DNA of 64,000 nt from an uncultured Actinomycetes bacterium (GTDB lineage: Bacteria; Actinomycetota; Thermoleophilia; Gaiellales; JAICJC01). Within the stretch, counting starts at the first letter, position 1. Each line of letters begins with the position of its first letter. The translations under genes were made by a program, and so were the position numbers. Where the stretch lies: assembly GCA_963706075.1 (NCBI GenBank), contig CAVPLP010000002.1, positions 172,616 to 236,615 of the forward strand, read 5' to 3'. Positions 45,076-54,946 of this stretch are shown here, in pieces. Under the pieces are notes generated by a model. That model was not told the origin of the DNA, did not search any database, and saw only the letters and a list, made by a program, of their open reading frames with translations.

Positions 45076-46675
45076 CTAGGCGGCTTCTTCCCGCTTTCCG
45101 GGTAAGCGCCGCGTGAACCAGACCGAGAGCACCGCCAGGAACGCAACGGCGAGCATCGATGTCCTCAGGGCGTCGAGCTGCGCGTTGGCGTAGTCGTCGG
45201 TGACCGTGGTCGCGTCGGCCGCCGGCAGGCCGGCGTCACGCAGGCCCTGATACGCCTGGTCGGTTGTGACGATCGGGATGCCGGTCTCGGTGGCCTTCGA
45301 GATCTGCGCCTTGACGTCGGAGGGCACGGCGGGGTTGTCCTGGATCCGCGAGCTGAACCCGTTCAGAAGCCCGAGCAGGAGCACCGAGCCGATCAGCGCG
45401 GTGCCGAGCGATGCGCCGAGGTTCTGCGCCGTCCCCTGGAGCCCACCGGCCTCGTTCGTCTGCTCCGGAGGAGCACGACGACATGATCACGTTGCCGAGC
45501 TGCGACATCAGGAGCCCAGCGCCGATCCCGAAGAAGATGAGCGCCAACGCGAAGGCCGTCCCGTTCAAGGTCACGTCGATCGTCTCGACGAGCACGAGCG
45601 CCGCGATCGCCATCGCGCCGAGCCCGACCCGGACGACGGCCCGCGGCCCGAACCGCACCGCCACCTTCGGCCCGCCGAGCGCAGCGGCCAGCATCGAGAT
45701 CGACATCGGGAAGAGACGCTTCCCCGTCTCGAATGCGTCGAAGCCAAGCACGACCTGGAGGTACACGGGCAGGACGAAGAACGTGCCCATCACGACGAGC
45801 TGCTGTGCAGCGAGCGACGCGAGCCCGCCGCGCAGCGGCTCGATCTTCAGCAGCGCGCGGTTGAGGAGCGTGCTCCTGCCGAGCTCCTCGCGGCGCTCCT
45901 CCCACTCGACGAAGAGGCCGAGCACGACCAGGCCGCCAATGATCAGGAACGGCACCAGCGAAAACCCGAGCGGCGTGATCTTGTGCCCGTCGATGACCGG
46001 CGCGTCGACCGGCTTGAACCAGCCCCAGGTGCTGCTCTTCAGGATCCCGAACACGATCAGGCCAAACGCGGCCGCCGAGAGCGCGGCGCCGCCGTAGTCG
46101 AGCCCCGGCGGGTCAGCCGGTTTGGGCGCGCGCTTCATCCGCCGGTGGACCACGAGCACCGCGATCACCACAACGACCTCGCCGACGAAGACGTACCGCC
46201 AGCTCCAGGTCGTCGTGACGTAGCCGCCGATCAGCGGGCCCGCCGCGATCGCCGCGCCCGCGGCTCCGCCGATCATCGAGTACGCGAACGCGCGCGCCTT
46301 ACCCTCGTAGTTCGCGGCGGTCAGTGCCGCGATCGCCGGGATCACCAGGACCGCGCCGAGCCCCTCGATCCCCGACCAGCCGAACAGCAGCACCGTCAGG
46401 TTCGGGCTGAGCGCGGTGATCAGCGAGCCGAGCCCGTAGACGCCCAGCCCCAGACCGAAGGCGCGATCACGACCCAGGATGTCACCGAGCTTCGCGCCGA
46501 CGAGCATGAACGCCGCCATCACCAGCGTGTACATCGTGATCGCGCTCTGCACCCCGGTGACCGTCGTATTGAGGTCATCCACGATCTGCGAGATCGAGAC
46601 GTTCATCACGCTCGAGTCGAGCACCATGATGAACTGGGCCGACGCCAGGATGATCAGCGGGATCCACTTGCGCAC
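45076..46675 (-). pseudogene. MFS transporter (DHA2 family), +1 frameshift near 45477
   Basis: ORF 45236..46675 is convincing up to ...SQLGNVIMSS. The continuation PPEQTNEAGGLQGTAQNLGASLGTALIGSVLLLGLLNGF... is in the frame of ORF 45076..45384. Confidence 0.75.
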
Positions 46676-46735
46676 GCGCCGACTCTACGGGACGGGGCGG
46701 CCGGTCGTCCCGTCGGTCGTCGGCTGCGACGGCCG

Positions 46736-48146
46736 TCAGACGCCTTCGAGCGCGTCGATCTCGCCGGCTGCGGCGGCCTCCTGGAGGCGGCGATAGTCGA
46801 GCTCGTTCTGGTCGGCGTACAGGGAGGCGAAGCGGGTGACGGCGCGGTCGAAGACCCGGCCCTTGCCGAGGTAGGCGGAGATCGCCAGGCGGTCGCCCGA
46901 CCTGGCGTGCGACCGGGCCAGCGACCACGCGCAGGCCCGGGTGTAGGTGAGGAGGCCGTGCTCGGTCATCCGCGACAGATCGGCGGAGGCCTTCCAGTCC
47001 CAGAGCTGGCGGACGTAGTAGTCGCGCTCGATGCCGTCCAGGCTGACGCTTCGCTGCCAGCTCAGGAAGATGTCCGTGGCCGCCTGCATCATGCGCTGCC
47101 CGCGCACGACCCGCTCGCCATGCGTCTCGTACTCACTCCTGCCGAGAAACGGCTCGAGCACCGACGCCTGGGCCTCCTTGGCCTGGAGCACGAGCGCGTC
47201 CTGACCATCGCGACCGACGAGAAGGACGACCCATGCCCGGGTGCCGACGCTCCCGACTCCGACCACCTTGCGGGCCATGTCGGCGAACGTGTAGGAACGG
47301 ACGAGGTGCTGGCGATCGGCGTGCAGGCCGTCGATGTACTGCTCGAGCAGCTGACCGACGAATGCCTCACGCTCGTCGGGATCGGCATCCAGGAGCTCGT
47401 GCAGCGGCGTGAGAAGCGGCGGCGCGCTCGTGAAGCGGAGCTTGCCGTCGACCAGGTCAGTCAGCTTGCTCACGGCGCGGGTGTTCGTCTTGCGCCGCCC
47501 CTTCTCGAACGTGCGGGTGAAGAGCTCGTGGCTGTCCGCGTCGAGCTTGGTCCCGAAGCGCGCGGTCAGCTCGTCGGCATCCAGCCGTTCGTACCAGGCC
47601 TGGAGCATGCTCTCCTGCGAGAACTCGAGCATCGCCTCGCGGTACTCGCGCATCACGCGATCGACGATGGCGCTGCGGCGGCCGGCCGGGAGGTCGATGT
47701 CGCGTCCGGCGATCTCGATGCTCGCCGCCATCCGCTTGATGTCCCACTCCCACGGCCCGGGCAGCGTCTCGTCGAAGTCGTTGGGCCCGAACAGCAGGTG
47801 ACGATCCGGAGCCGCGAACCCGCCGAAGTTCGAGATGTGCGCGTCTCCGCACGCCTGCACGACGAGCCCCGAAGACGGCGTCCGGGCGAGGTCCGCGAGC
47901 CATCACCGCCGCCGCTCCCCGATAGAACGTGAACGGCGACACGAGCATCCGTCCGTACCGGATCGGGACCAGCTGCGGGAGCCGCGACTCGGCCTGAACA
48001 CGAAGGGTGTGCACGGGATCCGGGCGGTCTGGAGCCGGCGCCCACTCGCCGTGGCTCGAGCGCGGCGCCGTCTTTCGCGCCTGCCGGCCGCGGTCGGCAT
48101 CCTCGCCGTTCTCCAGCCGAGCGACCCGCACGCCCTCCTCCAGCAT
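46736..48146 (-). pseudogene. DUF2252 domain protein, paralog B, +1 frameshift near 47896
   Basis: The N-terminus MLEEGVRVARL...VPIRYGRMLVSPFTFYRGAAAVMA is in the frame of ORF 47457..48779. The remainder (ACGDAHISNFG...) is in ORF 46736..47860. Confidence 0.7.
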
Positions 48147-48302
48147 GCCGAAACCGTATCGCCGGAATGCCCGCTGCGCCTCCGCGCCGGGACGCGGCCC
48201 AAAGCGCACCCTCCGGGCAGTATCCTGACGCAGACGAGAAGTCCCCTGAATATCCGGCGCACTGTGGCTGCGCCGGCCGACGCGAAGTGAGGAGCGGAGC
48301 GC

Positions 48303-49670
48303 ATGATCGACTACGCGGTGACCAATCCGGCGACCGGAGAGCAGATCAAGACCTACCCGACGATCACGGACGCCGAGCTCGAGGCGGCCATCGGCCTGGC
48401 GCATCAGACCCACCAGAACTGGCTGCGATCGACCACCGTCGACGAGCGCGCGAAGCTGGTGCGCCGCGTCGGCGAGCTCCACAGCGAGCGGCGCGAGCAG
48501 CTGGCCGAGATCACCGTCCGCGAGATGGGCAAGCCCACCGAGCAGGCGCTGGGCGAGATCGACTTCTGCGTCGACATCTACGGGTACTACGCGGACAACG
48601 GGCCGGCCCTGATGAAGGACGAGCCGATCCAGCTCCTCGCGGGTGAGGGCTCCGCGATCATCCGCCGCAGCTCGCTGGGCGTGATCCTCGGGATCATGCC
48701 GTGGAACTTCCCGACCTACCAGGTCGCGCGGTTCGCCGGCCCGGGCCTGATCATCGGGAACGCCGTGCTCCTGAAGCACGCCCCGCAGTGCCCCGAGACC
48801 GCCGAGGCGCTCCAGCAGATCTACCTCGACGCCGGCTTCCCCGAGGGCGCCTACGTCAACATCTACGCCACGAACGATCAGATCGCCCGCGTCATCGCCG
48901 ACCCGCGCGTGCAGGGCGTGTCGGTGACCGGCTCGGAGCGCGCAGGTGCGGCGGTGGCAGAGATCGCCGGCCGGAACCTGAAGAAGGTCGTGCTCGAGCT
49001 GGGCGGCTCCGACCCGTTCATCCTGCTCAGCACCGACGACCTCGATGCGACCGTCGAGTCAGCCGTCAACGCCCGCCTGGACAACGCCGGCCAGTCGTGC
49101 AACGCCGCCAAGCGGTTCGTCGTGATCGACGAGCTGTACGAGCCGTTCCTCGAGAAGTTCACGGCCGCCATGACGGCGTGGAAGACGGGCGACCCGGCCG
49201 CCGACGGCACCGAGCTCGGCCCGCTGTCCTCGAGCACCGCGGCGGACCGTCTCCAGGATCAGCTCGACCGCGCCATCAAGGGCGGCGCCAAGGTCGCCGC
49301 CGGTGGCGAGCGCTCCGGCAACTTCTTCTCGCCGATGGTGCTGACCGACGTCACGCCTGACAACGACGCGTACCGCGAGGAGCTCTTCGGGCCGGTCGCG
49401 GTCGTGTACCGCGTCGGGTCGGAGGACGAGGCCGTGAAGCTCGCAAACGACACGCCCTACGGGCTCGGCTCCTACCTGTTCACGACCGACTCCGAGCAGG
49501 CCGAGCGGGTCGCCAACAAGATCGACGCCGGCATGGTGTACGTCAACATCGTCGGAGCCGACGGCGCGGAGCTGCCGTTCGGCGGCGTCAAGCGGTCCGG
49601 CTCCGGGCGCGAGCTCGGGAAGTACGGCGCCGACGAGTTCGTGAACAAGAAGCTGATCCGGGTCGGCTGA
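48303..49670 (+). CDS. NAD(P)-dependent aldehyde dehydrogenase (succinate-semialdehyde dehydrogenase-like)
   Basis: 455 aa with VTGSERAG, ELGGSDP and the catalytic GQSCNAAKR. Confidence 0.88.
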   Translation: MIDYAVTNPATGEQIKTYPTITDAELEAAIGLAHQTHQNWLRSTTVDERAKLVRRVGELHSERREQLAEITVREMGKPTEQALGEIDFCVDIYGYYADNGPALMKDEPIQLLAGEGSAIIRRSSLGVILGIMPWNFPTYQVARFAGPGLIIGNAVLLKHAPQCPETAEALQQIYLDAGFPEGAYVNIYATNDQIARVIADPRVQGVSVTGSERAGAAVAEIAGRNLKKVVLELGGSDPFILLSTDDLDATVESAVNARLDNAGQSCNAAKRFVVIDELYEPFLEKFTAAMTAWKTGDPAADGTELGPLSSSTAADRLQDQLDRAIKGGAKVAAGGERSGNFFSPMVLTDVTPDNDAYREELFGPVAVVYRVGSEDEAVKLANDTPYGLGSYLFTTDSEQAERVANKIDAGMVYVNIVGADGAELPFGGVKRSGSGRELGKYGADEFVNKKLIRVG

Positions 49671-49689
49671 CCGACCCGGCTCGTACCGG

Positions 49690-49721
49690 CTGGGCGGGCG
49701 AAGTCATCTTCGCCCGCCCAG
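49690..49721. terminator. Bidirectional terminator hairpin
   Basis: CTGGGCGGGCGAAG-TCAT-CTTCGCCCGCCCAG forms a perfect 14-bp stem between convergent stops at 49670 and 49731. Confidence 0.7.
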
Positions 49722-49730
49722 CCCGGGACG

Positions 49731-50114
49731 TCAGGGCAGCTCGGCGAACTGCGGCGCGTCGTCGCCGATCTCGTGCCAGCTTGCCTTGTACGCGACCAGC
49801 TGGTGGAAGCTGGGCTTCATGTCGAGGTCGGCCATCAGGCCCGCGGCCACGAAGTAGACATCGCCGAGGTCGTCGTAGAGGCTGGATCCGCAGTTGCTGC
49901 AGAAGTTGCGGGGCGCCAGGTTGCTCTCGTAGGTCTTCACCAGGTCCTGGCCCTTGGTGAACCTGAAGTTCTCCTTCGCCACCACCACACCGGCCAGGCT
50001 CGATCCGACCCAGTGCTGGCACCGCGTGCAGTGGCAGTACCCCAGGCCCTGCGGGTCACTGACCTCGTACTCAACACCGCCGCAGAGGCACGTTCCCGTG
50101 AGCGTCTCAGACAT
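49731..50114 (-). CDS. GFA (glutathione-dependent formaldehyde-activating / CENP-V) family protein
   Basis: CLCGGV...CHCTRCQ...CSNCGS zinc-binding pattern. Confidence 0.8.
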   Translation of the reverse strand: MSETLTGTCLCGGVEYEVSDPQGLGYCHCTRCQHWVGSSLAGVVVAKENFRFTKGQDLVKTYESNLAPRNFCSNCGSSLYDDLGDVYFVAAGLMADLDMKPSFHQLVAYKASWHEIGDDAPQFAELP

Positions 50115-50207
50115 GGTGACCCCTTCCCGTAGAGCGGCCGAAACGATCCTGCGCCACCGTACCAGACCGGTCGTAGCCGCTCCTGTGAGCCGCCGGCTCG
50201 AGCGTGG

Positions 50208-51257
50208 CTAGACCCAGCGCACGTCGATCGATCCGCCGATCCCGGGGAGCGGCAGCGCCGCCGCCTCGGCCTCGATCGCCTGGCGGGCGGCCTGCGAGAA
50301 CCGGCCCCAGGTCTCGATCGTGACCGTGTCGTGCGCCCGCCGCCACGTTCCGCGGATCTCGCCGTCGACCAGAACCGCGCCGGGCCACACGCGAGGAGTC
50401 CAGAGCATTCCGCGCCGGTCGGCGTCCGGCACCAGGAGGGCGCGCTCGTCGCCCTGGAGCAGGAAGTAGGCGTCACCGCTCGGCAGCAGCCGCGCCGGCG
50501 CCACGGGCCCCGGGCCGGCGCGCAGCATCGGCTCGTCGGAGGCGAGGATCCACGCATCGCCGATCGGCGTGCGAACGGCGGTCAGCGACGGCCGGAGCGC
50601 CTCGAAGGCGGTGACGGCTGCCCGGCGCGAGATCCCCGCCCACACGGCGAACGCGGCGGGCGTCGAGGGTCCGAAGACGTGCAGGTACCGGCGCGCGAGC
50701 TCGAGCCGAGCCGCGAGCGGCTCGATCTCCGGCGGCGGCACGGTCCACACCGTCGGCTGCCGCGCACCCTCCCACCGGATGAGCACCGTGCCGGTCGTGG
50801 CGCCGTACCTCAGCGAGTTGGCGTTGATGCCGAGCCCGTGCCCGGCCTCGCCGTAGCCCATCCTCCGGCCGCCGAGATGCGCGTGCAGACGGGCGGCCGT
50901 GTCCTCGGCCCTGCCCCGGCCCTTGGCGTCGTCGGGCAGCCTCCCCAGCGAGAACGCGGGCAGGTCGCGCTCCGCAACGACGTACACCTGGTAGCGCGGC
51001 CCCCACAGCTGGACGAACGACGGGTCCTCCCAGCTCGACGGCCGAGCGCCCTCGACCCGCGCGTGGATCGACAGCACCGCCGCACGCGGCATGCTGTCCT
51101 GCAGGCCCGCCCAGGCCGCCTGCCTCAACGACCGCCGACCGGGCGGAAGCCGCTGGTCGAGCGCACCGGCCCGCCGCCGGAAGGCAAGGATCTGCGGCCT
51201 CGTGACGACGAGCGGCGACCCCGTCACCTCGAGCCCGCGACCGGCGTCCGCCCCCAT
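50208..51257 (-). CDS. Winged-helix DNA-binding domain protein (DUF1006, YcaQ/AlkZ-like), copy 1
   Basis: ILAFRRRAGALDQR...AAWAGLQDSMPRAAVLSIHARV...ARRYLHVFGPSTPAAFAVWAGI. The start was chosen at MGADAG. Confidence 0.65.
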   Translation of the reverse strand: MGADAGRGLEVTGSPLVVTRPQILAFRRRAGALDQRLPPGRRSLRQAAWAGLQDSMPRAAVLSIHARVEGARPSSWEDPSFVQLWGPRYQVYVVAERDLPAFSLGRLPDDAKGRGRAEDTAARLHAHLGGRRMGYGEAGHGLGINANSLRYGATTGTVLIRWEGARQPTVWTVPPPEIEPLAARLELARRYLHVFGPSTPAAFAVWAGISRRAAVTAFEALRPSLTAVRTPIGDAWILASDEPMLRAGPGPVAPARLLPSGDAYFLLQGDERALLVPDADRRGMLWTPRVWPGAVLVDGEIRGTWRRAHDTVTIETWGRFSQAARQAIEAEAAALPLPGIGGSIDVRWV

Positions 51258-51343
51258 CGGCGGCAAGCGTACACGCGCCGGCCGCCGCGAGGGTCTCTGG
51301 TAGATTCTCGAACTCGGGAACGGCGGCTCGACCAAGGAGGCGA

Positions 51344-52585
51344 ATGCCCCCGCAGTCCGGTTCCACCTCCGAGCTCGTGCCTTCCGGGGGAACAGTGCAC
51401 ATCGTCGGAGCGGGGCCGGTCGGGCTCATGCTGACGGCGCTGCTCCAGTCGATGGAGGGGTTCTCCGTGCGCCTCTACGAGAAGCGGCATGAGTACACGC
51501 GCACCCGGATGGTCCAGCTGGCGCCCTACCTCGTCGCGGACTCCGTCGAGAGCTATCGGGCCGATCGCATCGACGGCGACAACGTCGAGGCCGTCTTCGA
51601 TCCGCGAGAGCTCGAGGACGGACTGGCGTTCAGGCAGTCGATCCCGGCCGATCTGATGGACCTCCTGCGTGAATGGGCGCAGGGGTTCTGCCCGCTCAAC
51701 GCCATCGAGCGCTCGGTCAGCGATCTGATCGACGACCGGGACACGAGCTCGGTCGAGCGACGAACGGCGGTCGTCACGACGGAGGAGGCGATCGGGCTGC
51801 TGGAACCCGAGGACATCCTGATCGACTGCACCGGCTGCAAGTCGCTGCTCCGAGACCACCTCGTGCCCGGACCGGGCGACGTGGTCCCCGGCGCCAACAC
51901 CTTCGAGATCCGGCTCGAGTACGCGCTCGTCATCACGTTCCTGTACGGCCAGACGTACGAGTGCAACGAATACTGCAAGTACTACAAGAACGTGGGAAAC
52001 CTGAACTACAAGTTCATCCCCGCCGTCCACCGCACCTACTACGACGGAGCCGTCAGCCACGTGACGGGCATCGTCAACATCACTCCGGAGGACTACGCGG
52101 CGGTGCCGGCGCGGTGCGACGGCGAGTGGCTACGCGGCAACTTCCCGGGCGTCGCCCGGTCGATGGACCGGTTCATCGACAAGGTGAAGCAGGAGACGAA
52201 CGGCGAGATCGTCGGCGACCTCGAGGTTGTCCGGATCCCCCTGAGCCTGTACCGGGCCCGAAACGCCACCAGCAGGCGGTGGCGCGAAGGCGGGCCGGCC
52301 GACCACCCGTTCGCCACCTCACCGGTGTTCCTGGCCGGCGATTCGGCCATCGGCTCGCCGTACTTCCAGTCGATCTCGCTGGGCTTCGAGTGCGCGATGT
52401 TCCTGGCGGGGCTCCTCGCGCAGCGCGACCTGCCCGTCAGAGACCTGCTCGATCGCTACGAGATGTTCATGTACAAGCAGTGGCTCCGCGTCTACATGCG
52501 CAGCAAGATGATCAAGCACAACAAGGACGTCTTCGAGTGCGTCGACGACCGCTTCGCCGTCCTCGACAAGCTGCACATCTACTAG
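51344..52585 (+). CDS. Uncharacterised FAD-binding (flavoprotein monooxygenase-like) protein
   Basis: N-terminal VHIVGAGPVGLMLTALL and a late FLAGDSAIGSPYFQS (GD motif). I could not place it in a named family. An AAGGAGG Shine-Dalgarno sequence is present. Confidence 0.6.
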   Translation: MPPQSGSTSELVPSGGTVHIVGAGPVGLMLTALLQSMEGFSVRLYEKRHEYTRTRMVQLAPYLVADSVESYRADRIDGDNVEAVFDPRELEDGLAFRQSIPADLMDLLREWAQGFCPLNAIERSVSDLIDDRDTSSVERRTAVVTTEEAIGLLEPEDILIDCTGCKSLLRDHLVPGPGDVVPGANTFEIRLEYALVITFLYGQTYECNEYCKYYKNVGNLNYKFIPAVHRTYYDGAVSHVTGIVNITPEDYAAVPARCDGEWLRGNFPGVARSMDRFIDKVKQETNGEIVGDLEVVRIPLSLYRARNATSRRWREGGPADHPFATSPVFLAGDSAIGSPYFQSISLGFECAMFLAGLLAQRDLPVRDLLDRYEMFMYKQWLRVYMRSKMIKHNKDVFECVDDRFAVLDKLHIY

Positions 52586-52649
52586 CGCGCCGCGGCGGTC
52601 TCAGATCCGCCTCACGTTCCTCTCACACGATCTCACTACCGTCGCCGAG

Positions 52650-53831
52650 ATGGAACCGACGGGCTCGATGGCAGAGGCGACCCGCTCCTCTCGCCGCGTC
52701 CGCCGGCGGCGAATCCGGGTGCTGGCGGCGCTGGCGGTCACGGTGCTCCTCGCGCCGGCGGTCTACTCCTACGCGACGACGATGATGCAGCCGTCGAGCC
52801 TGCCGCTGTGGCCCCGCAGCGTTGAGTGGCTGAGAGCGCACCACGGCAACTGGATCGTCGACGAGGTGGAGCACTACTACTACAGCTGGAAGGCGCCGGA
52901 TCCGGGCGGCCCTCAGCTCAAGCGCCTGCCGACCGTGGGGCTCGGCGCCGCCACGCCGGCGGACCCGGCCCCGCGCCACCGCACGGAAGCGCCGCCGAAG
53001 ATCACGCCCGTGTTCGCGAACCCGCTGCCCGGCGAGGGGGTGTGGAGGGGCACCGGGCCGGTGGTGGGCGGCCGGCCACCTGTGCTCGTAACGACGTTCC
53101 GGACGGAGGTCGACTATCCCCGGATCGTCGCCTACGTGGCGTGGTTCGACCACACGCGCACGTCCATCGCGTGGTACCCGGGCCGCTACGAGCCACCCAA
53201 CGCGCCGGTGCGGGGGCCGATGTCGGTGCCCTACGGCGAGCGCTGGCGCCTGCTCGCGACGTTCAACGGCGGCTTCATCTACCGCGACGGCAGCAACGGA
53301 TCGTCGATCGACGGGAGGTCGTACGAGCCGCTCAAGGCGGGCCTCGCGACCCTGGTTGCGTACCGTGACGGCCGCGTCGACGTGAAGACGTGGCACGGCG
53401 GCCCGGTGGCGGGCCCGAACGTCGCATTCGCCCGCCAGAGCCTGCCGCTGATCATCGACCACGGCCGGCTCAACCCGGCCCTCAATGACAGCTCACAGTG
53501 GGGCTTCACGCTCGGGAACGCGGTCCGCGTCTGGCGGACCGGCGCGGGCATCGACTCGCACGGCAACCTGATCTATGCAGCTGCGGACTACCAGACGGTG
53601 GGCACGCTGGCGAGGATCCTGCAGCGAGCGGGCGCGGTGCGAGCGATGCAGCTCGACATCAACCCGGAATGGCCGACGCTGATCACGTACGCGCACCACG
53701 GCGGGCTCGACCCCACCAGGGTCGTGCCCAACTATCAGCAGCCGCCGACCCGATACCTCGTGCCGGACGACAGAGACTTCTTCGCCGTCTACCAACGCGT
53801 GCCCGGCCCCGTGTCGGTGCCGTTCAGGTGA
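52650..53831 (+). CDS. Phosphodiester glycosidase (DUF2233) family protein with an N-terminal membrane anchor
   Basis: RRRRIRVLAALAVTVLLAPAV anchor, TFNGGF, and AMQLDINPEWP. Confidence 0.7.
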   Translation: MEPTGSMAEATRSSRRVRRRRIRVLAALAVTVLLAPAVYSYATTMMQPSSLPLWPRSVEWLRAHHGNWIVDEVEHYYYSWKAPDPGGPQLKRLPTVGLGAATPADPAPRHRTEAPPKITPVFANPLPGEGVWRGTGPVVGGRPPVLVTTFRTEVDYPRIVAYVAWFDHTRTSIAWYPGRYEPPNAPVRGPMSVPYGERWRLLATFNGGFIYRDGSNGSSIDGRSYEPLKAGLATLVAYRDGRVDVKTWHGGPVAGPNVAFARQSLPLIIDHGRLNPALNDSSQWGFTLGNAVRVWRTGAGIDSHGNLIYAAADYQTVGTLARILQRAGAVRAMQLDINPEWPTLITYAHHGGLDPTRVVPNYQQPPTRYLVPDDRDFFAVYQRVPGPVSVPFR

Positions 53832-54922
53832 CGGCTGCGAGGTCGACCTTCTCCAGTCCGAGCCACACCGCGAGGTCGTCCAGCTCGGCGCGCACCGCCC
53901 TGGCGATGGGACGGGTGAACCGGACGTCCTCGTGGATGGCGTGCACCCGCAGCACCGACGCCTTGCGGTCGGCCTTGGCGTCGACCTTGCCGATCAGCCG
54001 GTCGCCGTGGAGCACGGGAAGCGCGAAGTAGCCCCACCGGCGCTTGGCGGCCGGCTTGTACATCTCGAGCGTGTACTCGAAGTCGAACAGGTCCGCGGCC
54101 CGCACCCGGTCGTACACCAGCCGGTCGAACGGCGACAGGAGCGCCGTGCGGCCCTCGAGCTCCCCACCCAGGGCGGCGGGGTCGACGCGCCACTCGCCCT
54201 TCGAGCCCTCGACCTCGGCCGGCTCGCCCGCCTCCCCCACGTCGATCGGCTCGATCGGCATGGCGGTGGTCTTGGCCCGCGCGAGCCCGAGCGACCGGAG
54301 GCGCCGCTCGTTCTTGATCCGCGTGGCCTCGTCGACCGGCGGGACGACGACGTCGGCCGGGTAGACCCGCCCGGCGAGGTCCCACAGCCGCTCTCGCCCG
54401 ACGCGCCCCGCGATCGCGATCTCGCCTCGCATCATCAGGAACTCCAGCATCTGGGTGACGTTGCGGTTGTGGGTCCACCCGGTGGACGCCCACGGCACGA
54501 CGCACGTGTCCGGAACGTCACGCGACGCCAGCGGCCCGCTTCGTCCGAGCAGGTCGAGGACGTCGCGCCGGAAGGAGTCGTTGTCGTGGAACCATGCGCG
54601 CGACCGTTCGTAGGTGGGGAACTCCGAGGCGCCGGCCAGGTAGAGGCCGATGTCGTCCATCGGCCGGATCAGCGCGTTGTGCTCGACCAGCGACCGCTCA
54701 TGCTCGAGCGCGTGCTGGAGGTGCGCCGGCTGGTACGACGACCCGAGCCTGCTCCACATGACGAGGTCGGCGCTCGGGGCGATCGGCCGCGGTCGGGTCG
54801 ATCTGGAGCAGGGTCAGCTCGCGCACCACGTCCACCAGATCGGTCGGCCGCGGCGCATCCAGGCGCTGGGCGCGCACCATGATGCGCCTGGCCTGCGCCC
54901 TGGTCAGCCGGTGCACGGCCAC
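53824..54922 (-). pseudogene. YcaQ/AlkZ-family winged-helix protein (interstrand-crosslink glycosylase family), copy 2, +1 frameshift near 54784
   Basis: The N-terminus AVHRLTRAQARRIMVRAQRL...LLQIDPTAA is in ORF 54698..54922. The continuation IAPSADLVMWSRLG...RRWGYFALPVLHGDRLIGKVD is in ORF 53824..54759. Confidence 0.7.
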
Positions 54923-54946
54923 GGGTCGGACCCTCGCCGCCGGCGG

